Shown here: positions 36,859-54,425 of the stretch, in pieces
Position numbering within the stretch: position 1 is the first letter of the stretch
Layout of the letters: every line of letters starts with the position of its first letter
Origin: the human T2T-CHM13v2.0 reference genome, Homo sapiens
Strand: one strand, 5' to 3'
Length of the DNA: 64,000 nt
NCBI RefSeq assembly: GCF_009914755.1
Contig: NC_060925.1
Notes under the pieces: generated by a model
Databases searched by the model: none
Told to the model about the DNA's origin: nothing
Seen by the model: the letters and a program-made list of their open reading frames with translations, nothing else
Made by a program: the position numbers and the translations under genes

Positions 36859-39000
36859 TATAATTCCAATTTGATCATATCCTATATTTTATTTGGTCCC
36901 ATTTGTGTCTTTTGTTAAATTCCCTCTTTTGAATAAAGAGTTAATGCATGGAAATTGGAAAGCATTTCTTGGATTATTTACATAGCAGATGCCACTATCT
37001 TCAAAACTAATTACTCATTTCATTGTCATCTTTACTTGAATAGTTTTGAAAATCCTTTATTGTATTGTAGGCATACATAGTTTAATTATGTTCATTGTTT
37101 GTTATAATAGTATTGGGAAGGGATTTAAATTCATAAATTTTATTGAAGATAAGGAGTATCTTTAAATACATTTTAACTGAACTAAAGTGAGTATAACAAT
37201 GTATGGCAGCTGAAAATTGCCAGTATGTAATTTCTAAGAAATAGGGTTTTAATATGACACTTGAATAATTACTTCATTATGAAATCATTAAGAGTCACCA
37301 CTGTCACCCAAAACATTTACTGAACACCTGTTGTGCACAGTACATACAGATGTTTCAATCTATGACAACAAATATGAATAAACCTGTCTTTTTATTTAAA
37401 AAAATGACTAATGATGTGCAATATTTTCAGATGTTAAAACTAACATCTTCAGTATCTGAAATTCACTCTACTTAGAAGACCCCCGGAAATATTCCTGTGG
37501 ATATCTTTTCTTTTATTGTTGGCAATTAGTAAAATTTATATTTATAGAATACAGAAATAAAATTTGAATGATGCATTAGTATTATAATATAAATCAACAA
37601 TTTACATAACTACAGAAATAAAACACAATTGTTAGGGATGCCAGATAACATTTTATCTTATAGGAATTACCAAAGCTATGTAAAAAATAAAGTATTATTT
37701 GCTTTTAAAGTGGAAAATACACAACAGCCCTACTTTTGGGGATACATAAATAAGCCTGTAAAAGAAAACAAATCAATACCATGTAAAAATTACCCAGAAA
37801 AAGTTAATCTAAAATATTGGTAATTAGAGAGATTTTATTCTACAAATATCTCTGTGTTAAGTATGTATCAAGTGAGTACTTTTCATGGCATAATTTTGAG
37901 GACGATGGAGAAACAAAGTAACCAACTGCAAAAACAATAATAATGGGAATAAACATCATCTAAGCTGGCAGGAATTTATAGTCAGTCACAGTCTTCTTAA
38001 AACTTTTCACATGAAGCAAATAATAATACGTAGTGAAATGTATTATATTAATGAATTCTGTGGAAATAAATAGAATTAGACTGGGTGACAACTTTCTAAT
38101 AAATTATAGATGAATAATGAGGCATGATGTTAACTCTCTGGACTACTACTACTTCTCCATTAAAAATTGAGTAATTTTGAAAATAGTTAAACAAGGTTTG
38201 TTGTGCCTTTATCCTTTTTCCGTCAATAGAAAATCTAGTTAACACTTGATAACCAATTAGCTAATTTTGAAACTAATAGCTATAAATATTAATTCAATTA
38301 TTTATCCCAGTAATCCTTCATGCAGATTTTATTGGAGCAATTTTATATGCAAAACACAGGTAAGACTTGGTTTCATAACTCTGTTAGCAAAAAGTTTTAT
38401 TAACACCACTATATTCAATTATCTTATGTATTTATGTCTTTGGCATTTATTTCCATGCTTTGCAATTGAATTAAACTGATGAGAGTGGGGAACTGAAAAT
38501 TTTGGGGATGTTAAAGAATCAGACTCAGATACATACCCCCGATTGGAATTTTTGCCCTTACTAATAAACGTAAAAAAACTTTGACCAATGCAGTTAATTG
38601 TGTACTTTCAAATGTTCAGAACCTCTATTCAGAACTGCTTTAGAATATATTTTCAAAGATATTCTAAAGCATTCTAAGTTTTCTAGAGTTTTGAGGGTAT
38701 ATAATTTACTTCCTGAATTATGTAAAACATTAATCAGTTTTTCATTATTTGTAAGTAATTTCTTGAGTTATAAATCAACTAAAATAACTCAAAACAGAAG
38801 CTGCTGTCATTGGTAAGCAGGACTATGGATAGGGAGTATTGAAAGAGGAAACTTGTGCTTGCTTTTATGATTGTTATTAATTCATATTATTGTGCTAATT
38901 ATATTACAATTTATATTAATATTGTGAATACATATAAAATATAAGCACAATACTACAGAATTATCAATACACCAAGTACATATCTTCTGTTTCAGACATT

Positions 39001-39286
39001 GATTTTTTATTTATTATTTTTTAGAGACAAGGTTTCACTCTATTGCCCAGGCTGAAGTAGGGTGGCATGATCATAGCTCATTGTAACCTTGAGCTCTTGG
39101 GCTCACGCAATTCTCCGGCCTCGTCCACTCCAGCAGGTAGGATTACATGCCTAGCTAATATTTTATCTTTTATCTCTTTTTTTTTTTGTAGACATGGGGT
39201 CTTACCATATTGTACAGGCTCAAGCAATCCTCCCATCTCATCGACCCAAAACGCTGGAGTTTCAGGTATGACCTACAGTGCCTGGC
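39001..39286 (-). mobile_element. AluJ, degraded
   Basis: gatcatagctcattgtaaccttgagctcttgggctca; TSD ttcagacatt at 38991-39000 and 39287-39296. Confidence 0.88.
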
Positions 39287-39858
39287 TTCAGACATTTAAA
39301 TAAAATGACATTATTTAATTATTTGTTAACATGAGGTAAAACTCTACTGGCTCACATTTTATGTATGTGTTTTTTTAAATCAATGTATATATTGGTATAA
39401 TTCAAGTATTTCAGTAGAAATGACAATGCAATATGGATAATAAATTTATTATGAAAGCATAGCAACAGTTTCAGTACAATGATAGAAAAATACATAATAT
39501 CTAACGAAATACATAAAGGATGATCACAGGGCACATAAAATAAAAAGAGAAATAGAAAAAAACATATGTCTGATATATATATAAAGAATCCATGCAAACA
39601 TTTGTTTTTACACACAAAAAATGATCATTTCTGATTTTATATTACCAATCCAATGACTTTAAATCCATTTCTTCTACTTATGTTTGTGAACATAGGATTT
39701 CTTGGAAAATAATAAGTGCTCATAACAAATTCTAGTAACACAATTTTTTTGTAAGCAATAAACTAAAAAAAAAAAGTATTACTTTCTCACACTAAATGCA
39801 AAACTTTGGGGCTTTCCATACATGAACACATAGCAAGTATGCTCTGTTTCATTGGCTG

Positions 39859-39863
39859 TTTTT

Positions 39864-39912
<49 letters not shown>
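39859..39912 (+). repeat. Compound T27-(GT)n microsatellite
   Basis: Direct read. Confidence 0.95.
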
Positions 39913-39916
<4 letters not shown>

Positions 39917-40806
39917 GCTGTTGTTTAGTCTACAGTTGGTTTAGACGCAATACTAAGTACTAATTCCAAAGCTGACAAATAAATATGAAACTATGTTTTC
40001 AATGTTATTGCTCAACCAGAACACCCTCTAATAAAGCTATTTCTTGTTTCTTGAGAACCACATTTTCCTGGAATATGAGTTCCTTTGTCTTCTGATTTTC
40101 AGTGGCAAAAAACAAAAATTCTAGCAAATAAGTTAATCAAAAACCTCGACACTACAGAAATACTAGCTTTAAGTCAGTAAGATACAAAATTGGCAAGATA
40201 TGAAAGAAGTGGGAATGTGAGTGAGAAGAAAGACTCACGGCAAGAAAAGTTGAGACAGAGAAATTCCAGGCAGTGTCCTGAATAGCAGAAAGTTACCAAG
40301 GGCTGAAATGGCACCTGCTCCTCCAGGGAGCACTACTAATACACAAATTTTGACCCTCGCTATAACCCTTAGTAGAACTGGTAGATTTTTTACTTTTGCT
40401 AACTTTTTTTCTCCTAACGGTTCTAAGGGACTATTTCAATGATTTGTATTGGTTTTGAAATTTCCCAATATCTACAGTAAATCACTGATATGACTTTGAG
40501 TAGCCACACATCGATGTAAGTCTATTCAAACCATTCTATAAGCCATGGGTATAGAGTTTATACGGAAACTGACAAAATACTATAATGCTGCATAAAGTAA
40601 ATGGCAAGCCTGTTCAATAGCTTGTGAACTGGACAATTTTATGAGGCTACAAAGTGATGGGTACATAAGGGTATAAATCAGAAACAGATTCTAATTCCTT
40701 AGTAGCTGCCAGAAATAAGGTATGCTGTTTCTCACTATTTTATTTTTCTCTGAAAGATGCATCATGTTTTATATTAAAGCATTTCAATACATCAAGCCAA
40801 TTAATC

Positions 40807-43984
<3,178 letters not shown>

Positions 43985-44239
43985 GCTAACTGAGGCCTCA
44001 AGGGCAATTATAATTTGTAGTTCAACAAGATTTTAACAAATATTTGTTGAATGTCTACTGTGTACCAATCACTGTGCTACTTGAGTGTTAAAACCACAGT
44101 AATAATAATTATTACTGTTATAATAATGACAACTTTATCAGGAATTCTGTGTTGATGAAATTATATAATTACTATGAAAACAATAAAATGTCTTTTATAT
44201 AATTAGTCATAAATAACTGTTAGTTATTATTTTTCTTTT

Positions 44240-44460
44240 ATAATTTATTTAGTGTTTCCATATGTGCTGTGCTCAGCACTTTACATGGATTAGCCCGTTT
44301 AATCCTTACAGCAGTCCTAGGAGGTGGGTCCTATTATAATCTACATTTTGCTGATGAGAAAATTTCCCTAAGCAAGTTTCAGCAAGCTGTTCAAAGTGAC
44401 ACAGTTATTAATTAAAGCCCAGAACAAACGAAGTCTGAAAAAAGTAAGGCTCCTGCCTTA
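44240..44460 (-). mobile_element. MIR
   Basis: gcactttacatggattagcccgtttaatccttacagcagtcctaggaggtgggtcctattat...tcaaagtgacacag. Confidence 0.75.
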
Positions 44461-46239
44461 ATAAATATAAATTTTTGTAGAGTTGACAGGAAAATAAAAT
44501 TATTATTCCCTACACTTAAAGAGTGCTTTTGTTTGGTAGACTTTTCATAAATATTATCATATTCAATCTCATAATAACCATGAGGTAGGACAGTCTGGTT
44601 TTGTTGAGATGTGGTGTGAAATGAATTTGAATTATAGGATTATTGACAGACCAACCTATGAGAGAAAAAAAATAGGAAAATAATAGACCTGAGGAAATAT
44701 AAAAGGAAAGAATTTTATATTTCTCTGAGGGTGAGGACAATGTTTTATTTTTCTTTGTATTTTCCCTTTCCAAAGCCCTAAGACAGCATATTACATATAC
44801 TATGAATTAAGTATATATTTCTTAAATGTCATAACCAATTAACAAGTTCCAGAAGGAAATGATTGAACCTAAATATAAACATCTACAGACTAGTTCATGT
44901 GGAAAAGCAGTTAGAGCTTAGTCATATAAAACGTGAAGCCATTTTTTTATATCTTATGACCACGAATGACTCAAGTGGGTAAAAAACAGTTGAAATAACA
45001 TATGTTTTACAATTCTAAGACTTAATACTAATATGAATAAAGAGAAGTCAGGTTGAAAGCAAAACTGCAAGATAAAAATGTAGATACATTTCTTAACTTA
45101 TGGATGAGAAAATGGCAAATGAAATTTAGGTGGAAAAATTATAATGTGTGTAAATTGCAGCTTGATGACTTACTAGTCAAAATATCCTGCAATAACCTGT
45201 GATCATTAGTTATAAGCAAAATTAGTAGTACATATTCATGGCTACATTAGTAAAATTTACATTCAGTACCTTTTAAGTCTTAAGCATTTTTATAGGCCCT
45301 TAACACTCTTAACTCTCTATCTTAGTTATTGCTGTAATGTCTGCTGCACTGAAACAATAACCATGACTTAGATATGTTGAGTAAATTTTTCCAAGTGTGA
45401 TGCCTGCTATGTAATGCCTGGAGAAAAGTTGCTGAACACACAAGCAATATTTGCCTATGAGACTGAAACTCAATTGAAGCCATGTACCCACTGGCAGATG
45501 AGGAATCCAGAGCTAAAGTGAAGGTGGTGAGAGATAATCTCAGAGGAGGGATTTTTACCCTGGCCTAAGCGGTCAGTGTGGTTGACGAGATGCCACCCAT
45601 AGTTCCCTGTTTCTTTATTGGACATAAAGAAATCAGCATACATGCACAAGCATATTGCTGTTTTTGATTGTTTGGTTGCTTGTTTACTTGTACTAACTAG
45701 CCAACAGTATGTTGATCAACATCTAATGGAGAGAGAATTGGTGGAAAACACTTCACACCCTTTAAAGAGCAAGTAATAATACCTTCAAGGAAAAATACCC
45801 TTTCTTTTAAACAGGAAACACTTGCTTGCCACTACTCTCCTCTTGTAGGCCAATTGTTAATTTTTGCATTAGTTTTTATTCCTTTTCACCAGTCAATGTA
45901 AATGGAGGCCAAATAAGTTTAGTGATTTCCTTATGAATAAAGATCTACAGAAAAGTTGAATTAGTACTTAAATTAAGAAATTTCATCCATAATTTGTCTT
46001 TCATATTATGTTGCTACTGAAGTGTTACATATATTAAATGAAAATGTATAATAATTATTAAAATAACACTAATTCACATATTATTTAACTATTAGGAAAG
46101 TTAAGAACAAGCATAAAATATATTATACACTAGCCACATTGAGTATCTCTACACATAACTAGGAAGAATGGGAAACCTGTCAGTTATTTTGCTCTATGAC
46201 ATTCAGCTGTAATCTGATTTTTAAAAATGTTGTCTTCTT

Positions 46240-46609
<370 letters not shown>

Positions 46610-46996
46610 TTAATAAGTTAATATCAGTGATTTGGGTGACAAATAAATGCCTAACTCCTTATATATGAGTTAAATTTTCCCTCAAATATTTAAATATTGG
46701 CTTTTATGTACATAAGAGCTATTATACTCTTTATTTTTATCATGTTATGTTTATAAATTATTTACCATATTTCTTAGTTGTTGAAGACATTTTTCCTCCG
46801 GATTGAATTAACCAAATGTGCTATGTGTTATACTCTCCCATACATTTTTCATAATGTTACTTAAATTTGTCAGAAAATGGACTTTATTGAATAAAAACTA
46901 CATGTGATGCTGCTAATTGGTCATGTTTAGTTTATTGATTCCCAAATTAAAACATCTCAGATTGTGGCATTAATAATTTACAGATAATTGGTAGCT

Positions 46997-47540
46997 GTGC
47001 TAACTTGTTTATTATGAACTTGGCACCATTGTCATTAGTCTGAAGCTGGTACATTTCTCCCCAAACCCTCCTCCTTGGGAAATTCCAGTTTAGACTTTAT
47101 CAGTGACAGAAAGTCATGTGGGACGTGGAAGGCTGACAGGAAGTGGAAGCCATCATCCTCAGAAGTTTATGATAACTGAACATACGACAATCGAACATAG
47201 CCTTTCCCAAAATGCAGTGATATGGTGGCTCCCACGAACAGATACAGCAGCTTCCATAGAAATGGCAGCATTCCCAGAAATAGCAGCTTCCAAATACCTC
47301 CCCAAGGTTTCAACTTCACAATGGCCAGATGCATGCAACCTCTCGGACCTGTCTGCAAACTAAGCTTTCTATTCATGACAGGGCTTTGAGATTAAGTGGA
47401 TTAAGAATGTTTCTTCAGTTCTCTTTCTACCTTCTTCCTTTCCTTCATCTTCTCTACATCTTCATGTGAGCACTAATTCCCATTTAAAATCCCTTGTTTC
47501 TATCATACTTTTGGTTATTTTATTTTCCTGTTTAAAAACA
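46997..47540 (+). mobile_element. ERVL-type LTR (LTR50/52-like)
   Basis: gtgggacgtggaaggctgacaggaagtggaagccat; 3' tgtgagcactaattcccatttaaaatcccttgtttc. Confidence 0.45.
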
Positions 47541-47559
47541 GATGAACAAATCAAGTAAT

Positions 47560-47955
47560 GCAGCTGCGGCTAGTTTTCTATTACACACATTCTTCACTCA
47601 TTACAACCGGAACACTGATTCTGTTGTGGATAGCAATGGATCCAGATATAAAACTACTTGCAGCATCTGGTGTATACATAGCAACCATCTGGCCAATGAG
47701 ACAAAAGCAAGAATCTGTACGTGGGGGAAGGGATATATTCATGGCTAATGTTTTCAGTTTATGATTTAGATCTTGTCCTTATTCCTTATTGAGCTTTCCT
47801 GTGTCCTTTGGAGTAAAATGCAGACCCAAAGCTGGAGCAGCCACACTGTAACCATGAGGAAAAAGTCAAGAGAAAGGGAGATACATTGGTCTTCATCTCC
47901 TCACGCCCTTGAAGCAGCACTGGCACTACCACTTCATTGCTGTTATATGCAGATA
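47560..47955 (+). mobile_element. MaLR LTR (MLT1J/K-like)
   Basis: gaacactgattctgttgtggatagcaatg; tctggccaatgagacaaaagcaagaatctg; gctggagcagccacactgtaaccatgagg. Confidence 0.6.
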
Positions 47956-48004
47956 GTTGTCATTGAAAATGAGAAATAAAGAGCAAGAATGGAAGTCTTT
48001 AAAG

Positions 48005-48505
48005 CAATAATTCCTAAATTGCTTATCTCAAGAACCCTTTACATTCTTAGAAATTATTGAAGACTCCAAAGAGCTTTTGTTTGTGAAGATATTTTGTAAG
48101 CATGTATGATATTAAATACGTATTTATTAATGTAAACCATTTCATATAAGTAACATATTTTATGAATGAAATACACATAAATAACACATTTTTATGAATA
48201 TAACTATTTTCCCCCCAATTTTTTGTGAGATTAGCATTGTTTCAAATTTTGCAAACCTCTTCAGTGTCTGGAATAAAAGAAAACATCTGGCTTCTCATAT
48301 CTGCTTCTGTATTCAATTTTCCACAGTATTACACACCATGTAGAGTCTAGACCTGTCCTCTGTACACTTGTTAGAGAATAAAAGTAAAAATTGGAGGAAA
48401 CAACATATCTATTTTATTATAATAAGAGGCTTGATCTTGTGGACTTCCTCAAAGTATCTCAGGGACCAGCAGATTTCTCCTGATACACTTTGAGAAGTAC
48501 GGCTG
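48005..48505 (-). mobile_element. hAT Charlie1b-like non-autonomous element, near full length
   Basis: ccctttacattcttagaaattattgaagactccaaagagcttttgttt...tctcatatctgcttctgtattcaat...cactttgagaagtacggctg. Confidence 0.75.
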
Positions 48506-50197
48506 CAAAGAATAACAAAATAATCACTTTTCATGCTTGTAAGTCACTTTATAATTTACATGTTACTTCAGTTAAAATCCTCATCAGTCCTATGAAGTAA
48601 ATAAGAGTAGCTCTGCTCTATTGACTCCCTTTTATTGTCAAGGGAACTTAGCTTCAAAGTGATAACATTTTCTCCAACATCTAAGTTGGTACCTACTCTG
48701 CCTCGTCATTAATGTGTCTTATTTTCCACTATGTAGTTATTCTCTGTGGAAAGTAATATTGAAAGGATGGATAGAAAAAATATAAAACTGAAAAATGTAG
48801 TTCTTCTGAGTATATAGATCCATACGTATATATACACACATATACATGTACACACATACACACATGTACATTGGATTATAAACACATAAATATGATATAT
48901 ATATGAGATATTGTATACATTAGCCTGTCTATATGTATAAACGGCAAAACTCGAAGTTTACATATTTTGTTTAGAATGTAATAATATGTAGCTAATTTTA
49001 AAAATACCTGTGTAGTTTTATATATAATAGCATTGAAATAATATAATAAAATGCAGCACCAATTTCATAGTATTTATAGTATGCTACCTAATCAAAGAAA
49101 AAGGAATTTGTGATATTCCTAAGAGTTTAATATGTAATGTTTCATTTTTCAAACCACCTAACATAATAAAGAGAAAATCATATGTTAGTTCATATTTAAC
49201 AGCTGTAGATCCTCCCAATAATCTTGCTTTTTTCTACAGATTGTCTTGGAATTTCATGAGGCAGAGAAACAAAACTTTGACAGTTATCATGTGATTTTTC
49301 CCCTGAAATATGCCACCACATATTAAAATTGAGGAATCATATTTATCCTATCTGCTGTAGAGGTGAGCTTCTCTGACCATAGCTCTGAAAATCACCATTA
49401 CTATCCTTTGTGAAGAACCCTGAGAGCCAGTCATAAAAGATATAAATGATACTGCATGGCCTGAGAGCCCGATGCTTTGCAGACTCCTGGCATTGTGTAT
49501 AAGAAAAGTGTTCCAATAATAAAATCATGGCAATATTACTCCTTTCTCACAACAATATTTTTAGTAGTAATCTAGGCAATAAATGTAATAGCAGGTCTAA
49601 CACCACTGGCAATATTAAATTGAAATAGCAAATTGCAAAGCGAGTGAAATTGTTATCAGAGGGATTGATCTAGAGTAGAACCAATATTTTTAGCTTCCAA
49701 ATAAATGTTCAGTAAAATAATACTTCACTATTGTGCAAACATTATAATAGCGATTTACCAAAAATATATTACTTTAAAAAAGTCATATTCTTTCATAGAC
49801 TGGGGCACAATAAAAAGAACGAAAATGAAAATACAGTTATTTTTACATTCCAATGAGTTTTAGTAGTTCACAATATATTACTTAACTCATCCTAAAAACT
49901 AGACTCTCAATTTCCAGGAATGTTGTGTTTATTTATATTGGAGCCCATACAAACGTTAGACCTTAGCCAGAAATGCTGCTGCTTCTCTGTACAAGCATAA
50001 ACAGTCAATAGGTTTGGAAATGATTCTTAATATATTAAAAACTAAAACTTTATGTTACTGTATATTAAAAAAGAATTAATTACTATATAGGTTTTACTCC
50101 TTATAGGACATGAAAAGCATAACAAACAGAAATCTGTCTCCTATCTATCTATGTATCACCTATCTATCTATCGTATATCAACATCTGTCACATTTCT

Positions 50198-51562
50198 TGT
50201 GACTTTCAGGAGATGCTACATTTTGCTGCAGTAACAAAACACCCCTTAGGTGATTAAAACAATTTATTTCTTTCTCACATCACATGCCTTAGTGGATCAG
50301 TGTTGAGCTCTGCAGGATCTTGAATCATGGAGGCTCTATATTCTAACTTCATGCCCTGGAACATAAGGCCCTCCTGGTTTTCACAGCTTGGGAAGAGACA
50401 GTAACATGTGTTTTTGTTTTGTTTTGTTTTACTGCCTCAGCCTGTAAATGATGCCCTTTACTTGTATTCACCCTTTATTTTTCAGAACTTAACACGTTGC
50501 ACCATATAACCACAAGAAAGCTAGAAAACAATAAAAGAGTATAATACTTTGTAGGCATTCTGTTTCACCATGATGATATCAAATATTCCTTTCCTCTCAT
50601 TGTTGCACATAAAGAACATACTCCACACTTCCCTAGGAAAGATGACCCAACTGTACCATAACTGTATCAACTGCAAAGGCCAAGTTTGTTGAGAGATGTG
50701 GGCTAGTATGTTAATCAATTTCAGTTATGGCTCCCATTGGTCTGCAAGTTGATTAGAATACAAAGTTTAAAAGATGAGTTATTTGCCTCCAATACCAATA
50801 TTAATGTTGGAGGAATAGAATAACCACAACAAACATAACCCTTTGTAAAGGACACAAATGGGAGATACGAAGTCACTATTAGTAGCCATCCTGAAACCCT
50901 ATGTGACAGGTACATGAAAAGTACCTTGGAAGTGGATTTAACCAAAATTTGTAATTAATTTAACAGTCAAAAACACTTGGAAGTAGTTTTACTTTCTGGG
51001 AGGTTCTTTTTAATCATGGCCCTTTACTAATAACCCCACTTCCAGTTATTTTGCAGATATAGTTCCTGGATCTGCTACATTTCTTTACCTTTTTTTCATC
51101 TCTGCTTCTCTTAAACCTGAAGGGACGGGCTACGTTAAAGCTGTCAAGGTTTTAAATGAAGACCACACCCTTATTGTGATCCTTTGCAGAACATGTGTCC
51201 CTTAGGCTTTCTCATTCTTACTTTTGCTGCTTGGGGTCAAGAAGCAGTTAGCTCTTTTAACTCTGGAGAAATGAAATCTCTGACTTTGTTTCATGTACCA
51301 AAGAGAGCTCATCTGCTTCTTTTAACACATGGCCAAACACAGCCATTAGTCATCAACCCAAAACACAAAGGCTTTGCTTCTTAACCTCTTTCTATGGAGC
51401 TAAAATTGCATGGGGCAAATGGCCTCCCTTGCAAGTAATTGCAGATGACTGTATTACCACAGGATAACATGAGCTGACATATTTTTTTGCTACATCTCCA
51501 ATTGACTACTAGGCCAAAATCTTCATGGTTTTGTTTGTTGGTTTGTCATGGAAGCACCCACT

Positions 51563-51595
<33 letters not shown>

Positions 51596-51990
51596 AGACA
51601 GAGTCTCACTCTGTCACCCAGGCTGGAGTGCAGTGGCGCGGTCTCCACTCACTGCAAACTCTGCCTCCCAGATTTACGCCATTCTCCTGCCTCAGTCTCC
51701 TGAGTAGCTGGGACTACAGGCGCCCATTACCATGCCTGGATAATTTTTTTTTTTTTTTTTTTTTGTATTTTTAGTAGAGACGGGGTTTCACCGTGTTAGC
51801 CAGGATGGTCTCGATCTCCTGACCTTGTGATCCACCCGCCTCGGCCTCCCAAAGTGCTAGGATTACAGGCGTGAGGCACCACGCCCGGCCCGGGAGCACC
51901 TACTTCTAGCACAATTTCTGTAATAGTCAGGAAAGAAAAGGTTACGTAGTGATAACAAATCTAAATGCATTATTTAAACAAATAAGGTAA
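50198..51990 (-). mobile_element. MaLR provirus remnant: 3' LTR (~50198-50560, MLT1H/I-like), MLT1-int (~50560-51918), start of 5' LTR (51919-51990)
   Basis: MaLR-int reverse motifs (aatgttggaggaatagaataaccac..cccttt..aaatggg); internal/LTR junction agcacc.acttctagcacaatttc|tgtaatagtcagg. Confidence 0.65.
51565..51890 (-). mobile_element. AluY with T30 tail and expanded T21 linker
   Basis: ccgtgttagccaggatggtctcgatctcctgacc; acgccattctcc; TSD gg[a/g]agcacc[c/t]acttct. Confidence 0.95.
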
Positions 51991-52217
51991 AATAGTTTAC
52001 CAAATTATTGAAAAAAAGAAAGAGCATGTATTGTTAGCAAACTCTACAATCCGATATTTACAATACCAATACCCCATAAGCTCTAAAAACAGAACCAAAA
52101 TTTATAATTAATTTGACAATCAAGGCTAATTTTACCTAAGTTCTCTTGGGAATAAATCTTTCCTAATGCATTATGATGCAATCTCAAACAAATTGGAATG
52201 TTATTTCACACGCACTG

Positions 52218-52542
52218 CAGTTGGCCCTTCTTAACTGTGTTCCACAACTGTGGATTTAACCAGCTACAGGTGGAAAATAGAAAATTTAAAAAATGGTTGC
52301 ATCTGTACTGTACATGTACAAACTTTTTTCTTGTCATTATTCCTATACAATAGAGTATAACAATTATTTACATAGCATTAGGTTGTATTAAGTATTATAA
52401 ATAATCTAGAGATGATTTAAAGCTTATAAGAGGATTTGTGTCAGATATATGCAAATATTATGCCATTTTATATAAGAGACTTAAGCATCCATGTATTTTG
52501 GTACCTTTCAGGGTCCTGGAACCCCTGGATACCAAGAGACTG
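52218..52542 (-). mobile_element. MER2 (Tigger MITE)
   Basis: cagttggccctt...tataaataatctagagatgatttaaag...gggtcctggaacc..ggataccaagagactg|ta. Confidence 0.88.
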
Positions 52543-54217
52543 TATTTGTATCATATTTTCATTCTAAAAGATGAAATATTATAAATTATGTAACACATTT
52601 TTCCCAAGGGTTTTCTACGTAGTACTATGGACCTATAATTTCTAAATCGTGTAGAAAGATAGGATATCATAGATGACTGCTTTGGTACACAATATGTTTC
52701 TCTGGATTTATTATATTTATATTTTTAACTCATCTCCCTTTCAATATATGTTGATTTTTCTTTCTGAATATTAGTTTATGTTGTTATTATTGTTAGTGTT
52801 ATAAACATTTGCAGTTTAAATATACTTAACCAGTGCAATTGTTTTTGTATAAGCTGGTTGTAATGCCACACACAAATAAATGCACCTTTTTGCCAGTCAA
52901 AACTTCAATGTTTTATTACTGTATAGGATCTAGAAGAGTAGAGAAAGCTATCTAAGAAATTAGGTAAAAATGTTGATGCTAAAAACCTGAATACTGGTTC
53001 TATGTATTTATTGTTTGCTGATGAAGATTAATCACATCTCAGAGCATACATGACTGTTTTGCCAGCAGAGTGATAGAAATTGAATTCCATTTTTCTTACA
53101 GCCTCTACTCATCACTTACATAAGTACCTATAAATATACAGGCAACCACTATAGAGATGAAAGGAAACAGACTTGCTAAAAAAGAAATATTTAAAAAATT
53201 GGGTGAGTTAAATGATAAAACAATATCTCAGTAATGAAAAAAGTCAAGAGAAATTGAAGAACTATAAGGGAGGTAATGCATTTAAATTCAGTAGGTTTTA
53301 TTTTATACAGAATTATTTGAAATATTTCCATGAATGAAATTTGATTATCAGCTTGGTAGAAATAACAATATATTCTAAACTGAGCAGACATCAGTAGAAT
53401 TAGATAACGCCTACCTTTCTCCTTTCTTTTATTACAATGTCAGCATAATATTTAAAACGTCTCAGCAAACTCTTTCCTTCATAACTTTAATAAGTAGATT
53501 TGCCAGGTGCAGCACTAGCAGGAGGCCCTTAATATATTTAAGTTGGAAAATGAGGCAATTATATTTCAAAGTTCTGATTGGCTACATTTTAATTTTAGAA
53601 CTATGAGATGAACTGATTTAGCTAGTGGCTTTCTGGAGAAATCTCCCACATCTGCACCTGTTCATTTTATTAAAATAGAAACACCTTGCCAGGGGTGAGA
53701 AAAAGATATTGGTCACAGAAGCAATGACAGCTTGGTCCCTCTGCTTTTACTATTGATTACATTTCTTGACAGTCACATGGGAAGTTAATTACTAGTAGGC
53801 AATTAACACTCTTGAAAAATAATGAAGAAAACATAATTATATTGAGAACCCCAAAAGACTGTTTGTAATCTTAAATGTGATATTCCCAAGTCTCTTTTTA
53901 TAGTTTTGTCAACCGAGGTCTTGACTTTCCATTTTTTCTACACTGTTTTGTCAACCCAGTGTCTGTCCCTAACAAAAAGCAGTAATTATTAATGCTCTAT
54001 TTTATTATTTTAAATTATTAAAATGAATACTGAATTTTCAGCAGTCTAATTAAAATTCTCCAAGGAGTCTCTCAATGAAAACAAGATAAAATTTGCTTTG
54101 CATATAAAGTGAATAGTCTTTCCAGTAAAATGCATCTGCTGTGGGAAATAGTTAGGACAATTTATCTACTATCAGCTTGTGATCTGTTAAATTTATTTTT
54201 TCCCCTTTCTCCATTAT

Positions 54218-54425
54218 GGGGTAGTGGCTCAATGAACAGACTCTCAAGCTGAGCCATTTAGGCTTTAGTCTCTGCACTATCACTCAGCAACCATCTGACC
54301 TTAAAGATAGTTCTTTGTCCTATCTGTGACATAGTTTCCTTTTCTGTAAAGTGGAATAATGTTGGGTTTGTACTACTCATTTTACTGGAATGAGTTCACG
54401 TGGTATTCCTGGTAAATAATGTGTC
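54218..54425 (+). mobile_element. MIR fragment
   Basis: tgaccttaaagatagttctt...agtttccttttctgtaaagtggaataat. Confidence 0.6.
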
